A DNA stretch of 61,564 nt from contig WJJT01000036.1 in NCBI GenBank assembly GCA_014729555.1, forward strand, positions 1-61,564, in the 5' to 3' direction. Origin of the DNA: Candidatus Woesearchaeota archaeon. Its GTDB lineage: Archaea > Nanobdellota > Nanobdellia > Woesearchaeales > ARS49. The translations under genes and the position numbers were made by a program. The notes beneath the pieces were generated by a model. That model saw only the letters and a program-made list of their open reading frames with translations. It was not told the origin of the DNA and did no database searches. Positions 26,140 through 35,975 of the stretch are shown piece by piece; within the stretch, counting starts at the first letter, position 1; each line of letters starts with the position of its first letter.

Positions 26140-28467
26140 ATGGCAATACTTGATAATTTAATGAGTATTTATCAGTCTTATCCCTGGGTATTTGACGGAA
26201 TAATCATATGTGTCCTGCTGGGCGTGTTGTTCAGAATTCTTTTTGAAAAAGGAAAGATAGGAGATGAAAAACAAGCCAAAAAACTAGGCGGAATATTCGG
26301 ATTCTTCCTCGGCATAGCAATGATCGGCTACATGCAGTACAGAGGCTGGACACTGTTCATTGACGGCGGGCCATGGGTTTTTTCAATCGTGATAATATCA
26401 TTAGTTCTTGTTTTATGGGCAGTCATGGATGGCCTGCTAAAGCACGAACACAGGTCAGTAACACTGCCATTAGCATTTGTGGTTGCAACAATGCTAATCT
26501 ATGCATTCCTGAACTTTGTCCCATCATACATGGCAGGAGTCGGTAACTTGTTTGGTGATTCTGTCTGGATATGGCATCTCATCATGTGGTGTTTAATGAT
26601 ATTCATACTTTTCTGGGCGTTACTTGGCATGATGGCAGGAGGAATGCCAAAAGCAGGAGAGGGATTTTGGGGTGCAGTAGGAGGAGCAATAAAAGCACCA
26701 TTCAAGGCAGCAGGCTGGGGGCTTGAAGGGGCAGGCGACATCTATGACTGGTGGAAAGACAAGAGAGCAGACAGAAAAAGAAGAGCCGCAGCAAGAGAAA
26801 AGCCAGCAGACACACCAGAAGAAACTGAAAAAATAGATACAGACACAGACACAGACCTTGCAGATGCAAGCGAAGAAGCAGAAAAAACAGACAAGGCGCT
26901 TGATGCTGCAAAAGCAATAAGCTCAGCACTTGCAAAAGTGCTCAATGAAATAAGAGCATCTGCAAACGGAGCAAGGCAGTTTCCTGCAGAATTCAAGCCA
27001 GAAAACTACAGTAACATAAGCAAATGGCTGAAGGCAAAACAAGGTGAATTAAATTCAGAAAAAAAGAGCTTTGATGGAATAAAACTTGTTGAAAAGCTAA
27101 TCAATGCACAAGAAGCACTGCAGAAAGCAAAAGCAGATGTTAATGCAGAACTGCAGAAAATAGGCACATATACAAAAATAAATGAAGCAATCACAAAAAT
27201 AGGCCAGATAAGTGATGACAATCCAGAAAAGGCGCGGCTGCTTGCAGACGCACAGGCAGAACAAAAGCATCTTGCACAAATAGTCTCAGGACTGCAGGCA
27301 GTAATAAAACCATTTGAAGACGCAATAAATGAAATCCTAAAAAAAGAAGAACTTGCCCAGACAAAATCAAAAATAGAGGAATTAGACAACCACATAACAG
27401 CACTGCAGGCACTATTGCCAGCAGTAATCAAAGACCTTGCAGAACTGGGAAAAGAGATTCCAGAAGAGGCAAAAAAACCACTTCAAGACAAGATCAAGCC
27501 AAACTGCGACAAAATAATCACTTCAGCAACAAACGCAATAGAAACACTCGGAACACTAAACAAAGTCATTATAGACGGGCGGCTAAAACAAGGAGTGATT
27601 GCAGCAGAAGCTGCAATAACAAGATTTATTGAAAGCAAAAAAATATACATAAAAGACTTTGTGCAATTACAGGCAGACGTTGACGCACTGCTTGCAAGAA
27701 TCAATCAAATCCTGTCAAAACAAATGTCACCAAAAGAAAAGACAACAATGGTCACAGCACTTGATAACATAAAAAACACAATAGCAACACAAAAAAACGA
27801 ACTTCTCACACTGATAACAGAAGCAGAAAAATTCATCAAAGCCATCAAAAAAGCATGGGAGATACAGACAGAGACAAAAAGAAAGATGGAGACAGATATA
27901 GCAATAACAGAAAAAAAGACAACAGAAGAACTCATAAAACAACAAGAAGAAGAGGCCAGAGCACAGATAACAGCAGCAATAGAAGCAGCAAAAAAAGAGC
28001 AGACAGACACAGTAAAAATCCTTACTGCAGGAGCAGCAACAGTCAAAAAAGCAAAATCAGAGCTTGTGACAGCAAGAAACATGCTCTCACAGCTGGTGCA
28101 GAAAACAGCAGGAAAAAGAAGGAAAAATGCAGAAATACTCCTAAAAAACCTGAATTACATGCTTGAAGAAGAAGAGGAAATACAAAAAGGCCTGAACTTT
28201 CTTCGAGACTATGAAAAATATATAATAGACACAGTGCTGGCAAGAACAGAACTGCCAAAAACAAAAAGAAAAATAGGCTCAGTAATATACGAATTAAGAA
28301 ACAAAATAATCAAGCCGCTTAAAGAAATCGTGCAGATGCTTGACGAAGAACTCATATTCCTGACAAAAGAAGAAAAAGAATTAACTGCAGAGCCTATCTC
28401 GCCGCCACCACCATCAGGAGCAGCCACAAGACCAATAGAAATGCCTGTGCCTCCACCGCCAGCCTAA
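26140..28467 (+). CDS. 775-aa protein: N-terminal ~190-aa multi-TM domain, ~500-aa coiled coil, proline-rich C-terminus (PPPPSG...PPPPA)
   Basis: Hydrophobic helices in residues 1-190, then a long heptad-like A/E/K/L/Q-rich sequence. No catalytic motif. Confidence 0.8.
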   Translation: MAILDNLMSIYQSYPWVFDGIIICVLLGVLFRILFEKGKIGDEKQAKKLGGIFGFFLGIAMIGYMQYRGWTLFIDGGPWVFSIVIISLVLVLWAVMDGLLKHEHRSVTLPLAFVVATMLIYAFLNFVPSYMAGVGNLFGDSVWIWHLIMWCLMIFILFWALLGMMAGGMPKAGEGFWGAVGGAIKAPFKAAGWGLEGAGDIYDWWKDKRADRKRRAAAREKPADTPEETEKIDTDTDTDLADASEEAEKTDKALDAAKAISSALAKVLNEIRASANGARQFPAEFKPENYSNISKWLKAKQGELNSEKKSFDGIKLVEKLINAQEALQKAKADVNAELQKIGTYTKINEAITKIGQISDDNPEKARLLADAQAEQKHLAQIVSGLQAVIKPFEDAINEILKKEELAQTKSKIEELDNHITALQALLPAVIKDLAELGKEIPEEAKKPLQDKIKPNCDKIITSATNAIETLGTLNKVIIDGRLKQGVIAAEAAITRFIESKKIYIKDFVQLQADVDALLARINQILSKQMSPKEKTTMVTALDNIKNTIATQKNELLTLITEAEKFIKAIKKAWEIQTETKRKMETDIAITEKKTTEELIKQQEEEARAQITAAIEAAKKEQTDTVKILTAGAATVKKAKSELVTARNMLSQLVQKTAGKRRKNAEILLKNLNYMLEEEEEIQKGLNFLRDYEKYIIDTVLARTELPKTKRKIGSVIYELRNKIIKPLKEIVQMLDEELIFLTKEEKELTAEPISPPPPSGAATRPIEMPVPPPPA

Positions 28468-28469
28468 TT

Positions 28470-30239
28470 CTAAGCAGCAGAAAGCTTTTTATTGCAGTCA
28501 TCCAGGTTTTGTTTTGCTTGTGCAAGCCTTGTCACAGCAACCTTGTTCTCAGGATTCTGAACAAGCTCCTGCTCAACAGCAGCAACTGCCTTTTGATAAT
28601 GCACTCTGGCAGACTTGTAATCCTGACTGTGCTCATAGAAAATATTACCAAGATTATTATGCGCAACACACCTGATTAAATTATCCTTAGGTTCTGTAGC
28701 AAGGAATTTAGCATAAACCTTCTGCTTAAGCTCATACGGGGCATTATTCTCCTTAAGAGCATGCATCCAGCCCCAGATCTCTTTCTGGTGCTCTGCCTTG
28801 ACCTCATCAAGCATCTGGCTGTATCTGTCATCCTCATCCTCAAGAGTAGGCAATGAAGCCTCCTCTGGCTCATGCCAAGGAGCATTAACTTTCTTTCTGT
28901 CCTGACCTACACGACTGCCGGACTTTGCCTCTTCAATCAAGTCTGAAACAAGAACAGCAAGTTTTTTGCCTCTTGAACGCAATTCCTGCAGCTGCTCATT
29001 ATCATTAAATTCGGCATTCTGCGCAAAAGCACTCTCTATAAAAGCATACCACTCTGCAACACTATCGCCAAGCTCAGCAAACCTGGCACTGTATTGCGCG
29101 AATAAAGCATCATATTCCTCTCTCATCTGAGCACTGTCTTTTTTTGCTTTGTCTCTTTCCTGCTCAAGACCTGCGCTCTTCTCAGAAAGCGTCACAATAT
29201 TTTCATCTGCTTCAAGAAGCTGTCCCTGCAATTTATCAATCTCCTGCATGTACTCATGCTCTGCATACATAAGCTTTTCCTGCAAGTCCTTGATTTCAGC
29301 AGCACTTAGCTTTTGATCATGCTCATTAGCAAGAATCCTTTCCTGTAATTCCTGCATTTCAGCCTGCTTGTACTCTAATGTTTGAGCAAGATCTAACTGC
29401 AAGTTTTTTTTGTCCTCTTCAAAAACAGCTTTACCTGCTTCAAGACCAGAAACTCTTTGTTTTAAAGTATCATTTGCAAGTGTAACACTTCTACAGGCAT
29501 GGCCAGCCTCTGTCAGTTCTGTCTCAAGTTCTGCTTCTCTTGCCTCAATTACTGATTTTTCAGCTGCCTGGGCTGTTTTATCAGCCTCAAGCTTAGCAAC
29601 GTCTCTTGCAAGAGCTTCTTTTTGACCTGCAACTTTCTCTTTATCTGCCTGGACTTCTGCTTTTGCAGCCTTTGCATCAAGCACTTCATCCTCAAGCATG
29701 TTTATCTTCTTTTTACAGGCATGCCTGACCTGAGTCTCAACGTGTTCACCTATTGTAAAAATATTATTAAGCGCGTCAATAAAAGCAGTTTCATCATATT
29801 TTCTAAGCCTGGGCTCATTATTCAAAAGATACATTGCAATATTTTCTGCAGCATTCTTCAAGAAAGGCTGAACATTGTGCGGATTTATGTTGCTTGGATC
29901 AATTCCGGCAAGATCCTCTGCTTCTACCAAAATTCTCGGAATACAGGCCCTGGCAGCCTTTAAAATGCTTTCAGAGGCACTTGCCTCGCCTGTTCCATCT
30001 TCTTTGTCTTTTTTCTCAACAAGACGGAAAACAACCCTTTCAACAAGGCCTCTCTCATCTGGCGTGACACTGTAAGAAGGCTTTTTCTGCACACCTTTCA
30101 ACTCTTCAGGTGTAAAATACTCTTTGATTTCACTTCTAGGAATATAATGCGCTGCAAGATCAGCAACAGCACTATGCAAATCTTGAAATGTTCTTAATGG
30201 ATTTTCTGATTTTTGTGATTTTTTATTTTTTTTTGCCAT
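28470..30239 (-). CDS. 589-aa acidic coiled-coil protein with a C-terminal TPR-like hairpin (paralog set member 4)
   Basis: Basic N-terminal peptide MAKKNKKSQK, central coiled coil, C-terminal AHNNLGNIFYEHSQDYKSARVHYQKAV. Its stop is 2 nt from the stop of the convergent 775-aa gene. Confidence 0.8.
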   Translation of the reverse strand: MAKKNKKSQKSENPLRTFQDLHSAVADLAAHYIPRSEIKEYFTPEELKGVQKKPSYSVTPDERGLVERVVFRLVEKKDKEDGTGEASASESILKAARACIPRILVEAEDLAGIDPSNINPHNVQPFLKNAAENIAMYLLNNEPRLRKYDETAFIDALNNIFTIGEHVETQVRHACKKKINMLEDEVLDAKAAKAEVQADKEKVAGQKEALARDVAKLEADKTAQAAEKSVIEAREAELETELTEAGHACRSVTLANDTLKQRVSGLEAGKAVFEEDKKNLQLDLAQTLEYKQAEMQELQERILANEHDQKLSAAEIKDLQEKLMYAEHEYMQEIDKLQGQLLEADENIVTLSEKSAGLEQERDKAKKDSAQMREEYDALFAQYSARFAELGDSVAEWYAFIESAFAQNAEFNDNEQLQELRSRGKKLAVLVSDLIEEAKSGSRVGQDRKKVNAPWHEPEEASLPTLEDEDDRYSQMLDEVKAEHQKEIWGWMHALKENNAPYELKQKVYAKFLATEPKDNLIRCVAHNNLGNIFYEHSQDYKSARVHYQKAVAAVEQELVQNPENKVAVTRLAQAKQNLDDCNKKLSAA

Positions 30240-30240
30240 A

Positions 30241-31284
30241 TTACTCTGCCTCTGCTGTGACTGTGTTTTCTTTTAATTGATTTTCATAAAACTCAACATT
30301 ATGCTCAAGCATGCCCCACTTATGCAGTGATTCTGCACAGGGGTTTTTAATTAGTTCAGTCTTGCTCACTTGTCTGGCTCTTCTTGCATAATTGAATGCT
30401 TTCTCACACTCGCCCCTGCCTGCGCTTGTCTCTGCCAGTTCACTCAAAACATAAACCAAAACCTCCTTGTCTTTTGACTTACAGCCCTTAGCACCTGCAT
30501 AGGCTTCAAAAACATAATTCCTGAACTCTTCTGCCTCCTGCTTTTCAGCATCAGGGGCAGTTGCATAAGCAGTATCAACCTCTTCAAGAGCCTTTTCCCA
30601 AAAACACCTGTTCTTTTCATCAATAACAATTTTTTCACCAGATGCAAGCTGCAGGATTACAGAATATTTCTCAGTAACACTAACTCCTTCATATGGCTGT
30701 ACATTGCAATCAGAAGCTTCTGACGTACTGTCAAGCACAGACTCAAGCTGCTCTTCAGAATCAGGAGCCTCTACATCTTTAAGCTGTTCTGTTTTTGTGC
30801 CAACAATAACCGTATCATCAGTATCATCAAGGTCCTCTATAACCCGCGTTTCCAGCGCAGCAACATACTCTCTTTCTTGTTTTGAAGGCCCTGCTGGAAT
30901 CGCAGTCTTTGTATCATGAATATCTGTTTCAGCAGGAGGAAAATCCTGTTCAGGCGCAGATTCCTCTTGATGAGTTTTCTGCAATCTACCAGGCTGATCA
31001 CTAGTGCCTGCAAATTCCTGCACTTTATCAAACCCCACCAGATTAGGATCTGTGCCACTACTGACTTTTTCTGCCATACAATCAGCCGTATCTCTTTCCA
31101 GTTCGTCATCCTCAAATGCAGCAGGAGCTGGTGCACATAATTCAGGAACATGGGTTATATTTCTAGGATCAACTTCAGGAGCTGGCTCTGCCTTTTCCCT
31201 GGCTTTATCAGCTGCTCTTTTCTTTAATGTTCCTGTCCAAGCAGATGGCCTGCTCACCTTTTTTGGCCTTTTTCTCTGAGTCAT
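30241..31284 (-). CDS. Acidic protein with a C-terminal TPR-like hairpin (paralog set member 3)
   Basis: MTQRKRPKK basic N-terminus, D/E/T-rich middle, C-terminal VLVYVLSELAETSAGRGECEKAFNYARRAR. Confidence 0.75.
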   Translation of the reverse strand: MTQRKRPKKVSRPSAWTGTLKKRAADKAREKAEPAPEVDPRNITHVPELCAPAPAAFEDDELERDTADCMAEKVSSGTDPNLVGFDKVQEFAGTSDQPGRLQKTHQEESAPEQDFPPAETDIHDTKTAIPAGPSKQEREYVAALETRVIEDLDDTDDTVIVGTKTEQLKDVEAPDSEEQLESVLDSTSEASDCNVQPYEGVSVTEKYSVILQLASGEKIVIDEKNRCFWEKALEEVDTAYATAPDAEKQEAEEFRNYVFEAYAGAKGCKSKDKEVLVYVLSELAETSAGRGECEKAFNYARRARQVSKTELIKNPCAESLHKWGMLEHNVEFYENQLKENTVTAEAE

Positions 31285-31376
31285 TTTAGTCTTTACCCAC
31301 AAACTATGGTTTTTTACCACTATTTGGTAGTATTACTCATATATAAAGCTTTTGGTTTTGAGGGGTTTGTTGGGGT

Positions 31377-32648
31377 TTATTCCTTTATTTCAGCCCTGTA
31401 AAACGCAAGATTCTCTTCAGCCTCTTTCAAGTTATCAGATAATTTCTCCTTGCACAAGTTCCTTGCCCTTGCTGCATAAGACTCTGCCTCTGCTTTTTTG
31501 CCGTCATCATAAGCTGAACCAGCCAGTTCACTCAAAACAAAATACATAACTTCAGGATCTCTTGAGGCTGCAATGCTATACAATTCAAAAGCACACCTTC
31601 TTACTTCTGAAACATACTGCGCCATAAAAGCAGAATCATTAATCTCATCAGCAGCAGGAACATCAGCAACTGCATCAGACAACTCATTCAATAAATTCTC
31701 TGCTTTTTCATCAAGGCCTGCAGGAGCTTCTTTTGCCTGCCTTGCCTCTGCAACAGCATTTTCTGCAGACTGCTTGTAACCAGCAACTTGTGCCTTGTAA
31801 GCCTTAACAACAGACATAATTTTATCCAGAGTTTTAATGTAACTTAACACTTCAAGAGCATGCTCAACACTTGGAGTTTCTGGCTCCTGCTCTTCTTGCT
31901 TTTTCCTGAAAATAGCAGTAACTGCAGAATCTTTAGCACTCTTTACCTTTCCAACAATCCAGTCAATTGTGCTGTCTTTTGCATCAGGCTCAGCAGCTTC
32001 AGGCTCTTGCTCTAAAACCTCTGCTGCAACTGCATCAAGCTTTTTACAGAGTGTATCAAATGCATTCTTAAGACCATCATATGGCTTTGCAGCATCTTTC
32101 AGGCTGGAAATCTTATTCCTTAGCCCGGTGATATTAGCCTGGTAAGTTTTAAACAGCCCTAAAAGCTCTGCAAACTCTCGGCCCTCTGCTGCACCTGAAG
32201 GAAAAACTTCAGCCAGCAGAGCTCTAATATAATCATCACGTGCATTGACCTGATCTTCAAGTTCCTGATATTCCTCTGTATCTTGTATATCTAAAACAGA
32301 CATTTCTTCGGGCTGCTCAGGCACTTTGACAGCAAGCTGATCCTGCATACCAGTAATCTTTGTTTGCATTTGCTTAAATTCTTCAGCAAGCTGTGTTTTC
32401 TCAGCTTTATTTAAGCCATATTTATGAACAATTGTTATTGTCTTTTTATCAGGATCTGTTAGGAGTGTAACCATCTCAACCCTAAGCTCATTATCCTCTG
32501 TCCAGAAATCAGGTGTATTCACAACATCAGATTTATTTAACATCTCATAGCCTTTATCTGAAAATTGCTTGGCAAAATCATCAAAATTGGTTTTCCTGCC
32601 TATGTGAGCTCCTAGTTCCCCGTCTTCCCAGGACTTATGTTCATCCAT
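31377..32648 (-). CDS. Acidic coiled-coil protein with a C-terminal TPR-like hairpin (paralog set member 2)
   Basis: C-terminal VMYFVLSELAGSAYDDGKKAEAESYAARAR aligns with member 3. Start ATGGATGA overlaps the upstream stop. Confidence 0.75.
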   Translation of the reverse strand: MDEHKSWEDGELGAHIGRKTNFDDFAKQFSDKGYEMLNKSDVVNTPDFWTEDNELRVEMVTLLTDPDKKTITIVHKYGLNKAEKTQLAEEFKQMQTKITGMQDQLAVKVPEQPEEMSVLDIQDTEEYQELEDQVNARDDYIRALLAEVFPSGAAEGREFAELLGLFKTYQANITGLRNKISSLKDAAKPYDGLKNAFDTLCKKLDAVAAEVLEQEPEAAEPDAKDSTIDWIVGKVKSAKDSAVTAIFRKKQEEQEPETPSVEHALEVLSYIKTLDKIMSVVKAYKAQVAGYKQSAENAVAEARQAKEAPAGLDEKAENLLNELSDAVADVPAADEINDSAFMAQYVSEVRRCAFELYSIAASRDPEVMYFVLSELAGSAYDDGKKAEAESYAARARNLCKEKLSDNLKEAEENLAFYRAEIKE

Positions 32649-33837
32649 CTTTAGCCTCTGCAAAATAATCCTTGAATTTCTGGATCTCTGCCTTTATTGA
32701 TTCTTTGCTTTCTTCTGGTGCAAGATCAAGAGCTGTCTGGCATAATGATTCTGCCTTCTTCAACTGCTCTTTTGCTAATTTTTCTTCGCCTTCTTGTGAA
32801 TAGGAATCACTAAGAATCCCATGCAGATAAGCCTGCTGAACAAGCTCAACTGGGTCTGCGGGAGAAAGTGCAAGACTATATCCTGCTTGATCTGCCTCTT
32901 CTTTCAGGCTGGTTATTACCTCAACAAGGTATGGAACTGGCTCTTTTCTTAACCTGGTTTTATCAAGTTCCTTTCCTATTAAATACTGGGGCATATTGCT
33001 AAGCGCAGGTGCATGCTTTTGATTTTCATGGCCATAATCTGCAATCCTGTTTTTTTGCTGTAGTAATTTATCAAGCGCATATGCAGCAACTTTGCCTTCT
33101 GAATCAGATGCATTTGTTACCAAACTAGACAAAAATTCTTTTTCATCTGGAAAATGCTCAAGAAGCCCTTGGTACAGCCTCTGTATTAGTTTCCGCTGCG
33201 TAATTGCTGCCAGTATCGTGTCTGAAAATATATCTTTGTAAGATTCTTTTTCTTCTTCTGGCTTTTCCCCTTTATTATCTGCATCCTTCAGGCTATCTGC
33301 ATAATCAATCCTGCATCTTGCATCTGCAACTGTATCAGGAACTATCTTTGCAAGGCAGTCCATCAGTTTGTTATACTTATCATTTGCAGTATCTTCTTTA
33401 CTATGTGCTTTCATAAGAGCTCCTTGAACACGGGCCTCAAAGTGTTTTGCATTCTCTATGGTCACCCGCAGAACTTCCTTAAACATAAAATCCTCTCTTG
33501 ATTCTGAAGGACTGCCATCTGCACGCGCTAAGATTTCAGCAGCCTCAGTCTCACCTGCATAGTCTTCTAAAATTCTTTTATTGCTTTTGCATAAATCTAC
33601 GACAGAAAGAATAAATGTCTGCAATTCTTCAAAAGCCTCAAACTGCCGCACCCTGCTCTGCGCTGCCTCTGCATCTTGTTTGTACCGTTGCTTTTTAAGA
33701 TTAGAGTCTCTTATTTTCTTTTCTAGATCAGCAATGATCTCAGCATCAGGTCTACGAAACATACTGATTGCTCTTGCAAGAATACTAAGTCTAGGTTTTT
33801 TCTGTCTATTTTCATCAGGCATTTTTTTTTCAGCCAT
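32641..33837 (-). CDS. Acidic helical protein with a C-terminal TPR-like hairpin (paralog set member 1)
   Basis: Basic N-terminus ...RQKKPRLS, C-terminal AYLHGILSDSYSQEGEEKLAKEQLKKAESL. Confidence 0.75.
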   Translation of the reverse strand: MAEKKMPDENRQKKPRLSILARAISMFRRPDAEIIADLEKKIRDSNLKKQRYKQDAEAAQSRVRQFEAFEELQTFILSVVDLCKSNKRILEDYAGETEAAEILARADGSPSESREDFMFKEVLRVTIENAKHFEARVQGALMKAHSKEDTANDKYNKLMDCLAKIVPDTVADARCRIDYADSLKDADNKGEKPEEEKESYKDIFSDTILAAITQRKLIQRLYQGLLEHFPDEKEFLSSLVTNASDSEGKVAAYALDKLLQQKNRIADYGHENQKHAPALSNMPQYLIGKELDKTRLRKEPVPYLVEVITSLKEEADQAGYSLALSPADPVELVQQAYLHGILSDSYSQEGEEKLAKEQLKKAESLCQTALDLAPEESKESIKAEIQKFKDYFAEAKDG

Positions 33838-33960
33838 ATCACACCAACCAAGTACTACTTAATAATTACGAATAAGTAAAATAGCTAAAATAGCGACTGT
33901 ATAAAAAGATTATGGTTTAAGAACAATATAAATACCGAAAAATAAAAGAAATAAAATGGC

Positions 33961-34152
33961 TTACTTAACAAGCCACATATGCAAACCAATCAAAGCAATG
34001 ACAATAGGCCATATTGTCAAGCCGCCTGTGCTCAGGTATCCAAGGTCAGCAGCCATGAACCAAAGGCCAACCAATAGAACAAGAATTCCAAACCAGCCAG
34101 GGCACTTTCCTGGTGAGCAGATCATTCCCATGCTTTTTTTCTTAGCCATCAA
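33961..34152 (-). CDS. Small two-TM membrane protein
   Basis: 63-aa ORF with a basic N-terminus and two hydrophobic helices. Confidence 0.4.
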   Translation of the reverse strand: MMAKKKSMGMICSPGKCPGWFGILVLLVGLWFMAADLGYLSTGGLTIWPIVIALIGLHMWLVK

Positions 34153-34316
34153 ATCACCTCAAATTAATTTAATTAAACATTAAATCCACAAACGCAATAT
34201 ATAAATTTTTCGCCAAAAACCTTGTTTTCTTGAATTTAGAACTTGGACAAGCTCTAATTTTCGCTTGACTTAAGAAGAAAAGTTTAAATACTATGCTTTT
34301 CCTTGTCCTGAGTACA

Positions 34317-35060
34317 ATGGCAAAAAAAGAAAAAGAAAAAAAGAAACTGACACTCACAAAAAAACCAAAAAACCCCACAGTCATAGAGGGCTTCCCAGGC
34401 ATAGGGCTTGTTGGCACAATAGCCACAGGATTCCTGATAGACCACCTTAAGTGCGAAAAGATAGGAAGTTATTTTTTTGAGACAGTGCACACACCCTCAA
34501 TGGTGGCAATACATGAATGCAAGATGGTAGACCCAGTAGGCATCTACTATAACAAGAAAAGCAACATTGTAATAATACATGCAATAACAAGCGCAGCAGG
34601 GCTTGAATGGCAGGTAGCAGAGCTGATAATAGACGTGTGCAAGCAGTTAGAGGCAAAAGAGCTTGTGACACTAGAAGGGGTAGGGTCAACAGGAGAACCC
34701 TCTGGAAAAGACACAAAAGCATTCTATTTCACAAAAGACCCTGCATTATCAAAGAAGCTGGACAAGCTGGGGCACAAGTGCCTGAATGAAGGAATAATCG
34801 TTGGCTCAACAGCTGCAATACTCCTGAAGTCACCCTTCAAGACAACATGCCTGTTTGCAGAGACACACACAAAAATGCCTGACAGCAAGGCAGCAGCACA
34901 AATAATAGAATTAGTGGACGATTACCTTGGGCTGAAAGTAGACCCAAAACCGCTGCTAAAACAGGCAGAAGAGTTTGAGAAAAAACTAAAGCAGATAGTC
35001 CAGCATGGTGAGAAAGCCCAAAAACTGAAGAAACAGAAAAAGTTCACTTACATAGGCTAA
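34317..35060 (+). CDS. PAC2-family proteasome assembly chaperone-like protein
   Basis: VIEGFPGIGLVGTIATGFLIDHL is the PAC2 N-terminal signature. Length is about 247 aa. Confidence 0.7.
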   Translation: MAKKEKEKKKLTLTKKPKNPTVIEGFPGIGLVGTIATGFLIDHLKCEKIGSYFFETVHTPSMVAIHECKMVDPVGIYYNKKSNIVIIHAITSAAGLEWQVAELIIDVCKQLEAKELVTLEGVGSTGEPSGKDTKAFYFTKDPALSKKLDKLGHKCLNEGIIVGSTAAILLKSPFKTTCLFAETHTKMPDSKAAAQIIELVDDYLGLKVDPKPLLKQAEEFEKKLKQIVQHGEKAQKLKKQKKFTYIG

Positions 35061-35070
35061 GGCGGGAAAG

Positions 35071-35598
35071 ATGAACAAAACAATAGCTTCTTTATTCGGG
35101 AAATTATCAGATATTATGCCAAGATATTTCCAAGCAGAAGAGGTGGCGCACTTTAAAAATGTGGAAGAATTGAATAATTTTAGCCGTCTATTCCAACAGT
35201 ATCTAGAACTAGGAGGCTGGATGAATGATTCAACACAGCGAGAACTGGACAAAATATTAACTAAAGACGAAAAATTGCTTAAAAAAGTAAAGAAAAACGC
35301 AGCATTAATACGCTCAGAATTTGAAAAACTAAAAAAACAAGGAAAAATAAGCCAAGAATTCTTAAAAACAAGTCCGCCAGCCTACCACAACCCGCAGCTT
35401 TTTGAGGGTGATAAAATTGAAAAAATAGTAGACACAGCATTAGAGGCAATGAGCAACCTGTCTATGCTTTATAATCAATACGGGCGCAAAAACATGGCTA
35501 AAGTTGTAAAAGATTCTAAATCATATCTCAGACAAATACAAAACCAGCTTGTTATATTGCGCGGAATATTACTAGAAGTTCTAGAGAAAAAGAAATAA
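35071..35598 (+). CDS. Hypothetical helical protein
   Basis: 175-aa ORF 10 nt after the preceding gene. Confidence 0.5.
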   Translation: MNKTIASLFGKLSDIMPRYFQAEEVAHFKNVEELNNFSRLFQQYLELGGWMNDSTQRELDKILTKDEKLLKKVKKNAALIRSEFEKLKKQGKISQEFLKTSPPAYHNPQLFEGDKIEKIVDTALEAMSNLSMLYNQYGRKNMAKVVKDSKSYLRQIQNQLVILRGILLEVLEKKK

Positions 35599-35859
35599 AC
35601 TCACTTTTTCTTTAATTTGTTATTCTAAGCCAGTATTCCTGGGTTTAAGCCTAATCCAGAACCACTGTTAAAACTACCCAAAATTACCTCAAAGCCAGTG
35701 ATTGAGAATACCTATTTTTCACGCCTTGTTAGCCAAAAATCTAATGGTGCCTAAACCTCGCCGCTCTTAAATTCAGGGATTTTCCCTGCATTAATATTCA
35801 AATTTTTCCTGGAAACAATTGTTCGCTCTTGTTATCCTCACTTTTCAAAGGTGGAAAAA

Positions 35860-35975
35860 TTTGGTTAGTATTTCAGAATATATTTTATAATATTACTTTT
35901 GTATTATGTTTTTTATTATGTGTTTAAGTTAGTCTATTGTGTTTTAATCAATGTTTTGTTTAATTTATCTCGTAA
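35860..35975. other. AT-rich block of roughly 115 bp (candidate DNA unwinding element)
   Basis: TATATTTTATAATATTACTTTTGTATTATGTTTTTTATTATGTGTTTAAG... Flanked by CCTCACTTTT (35836-35845) and its inverse AAAAGTGAGAGTT (36088-36100). Confidence 0.4.
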
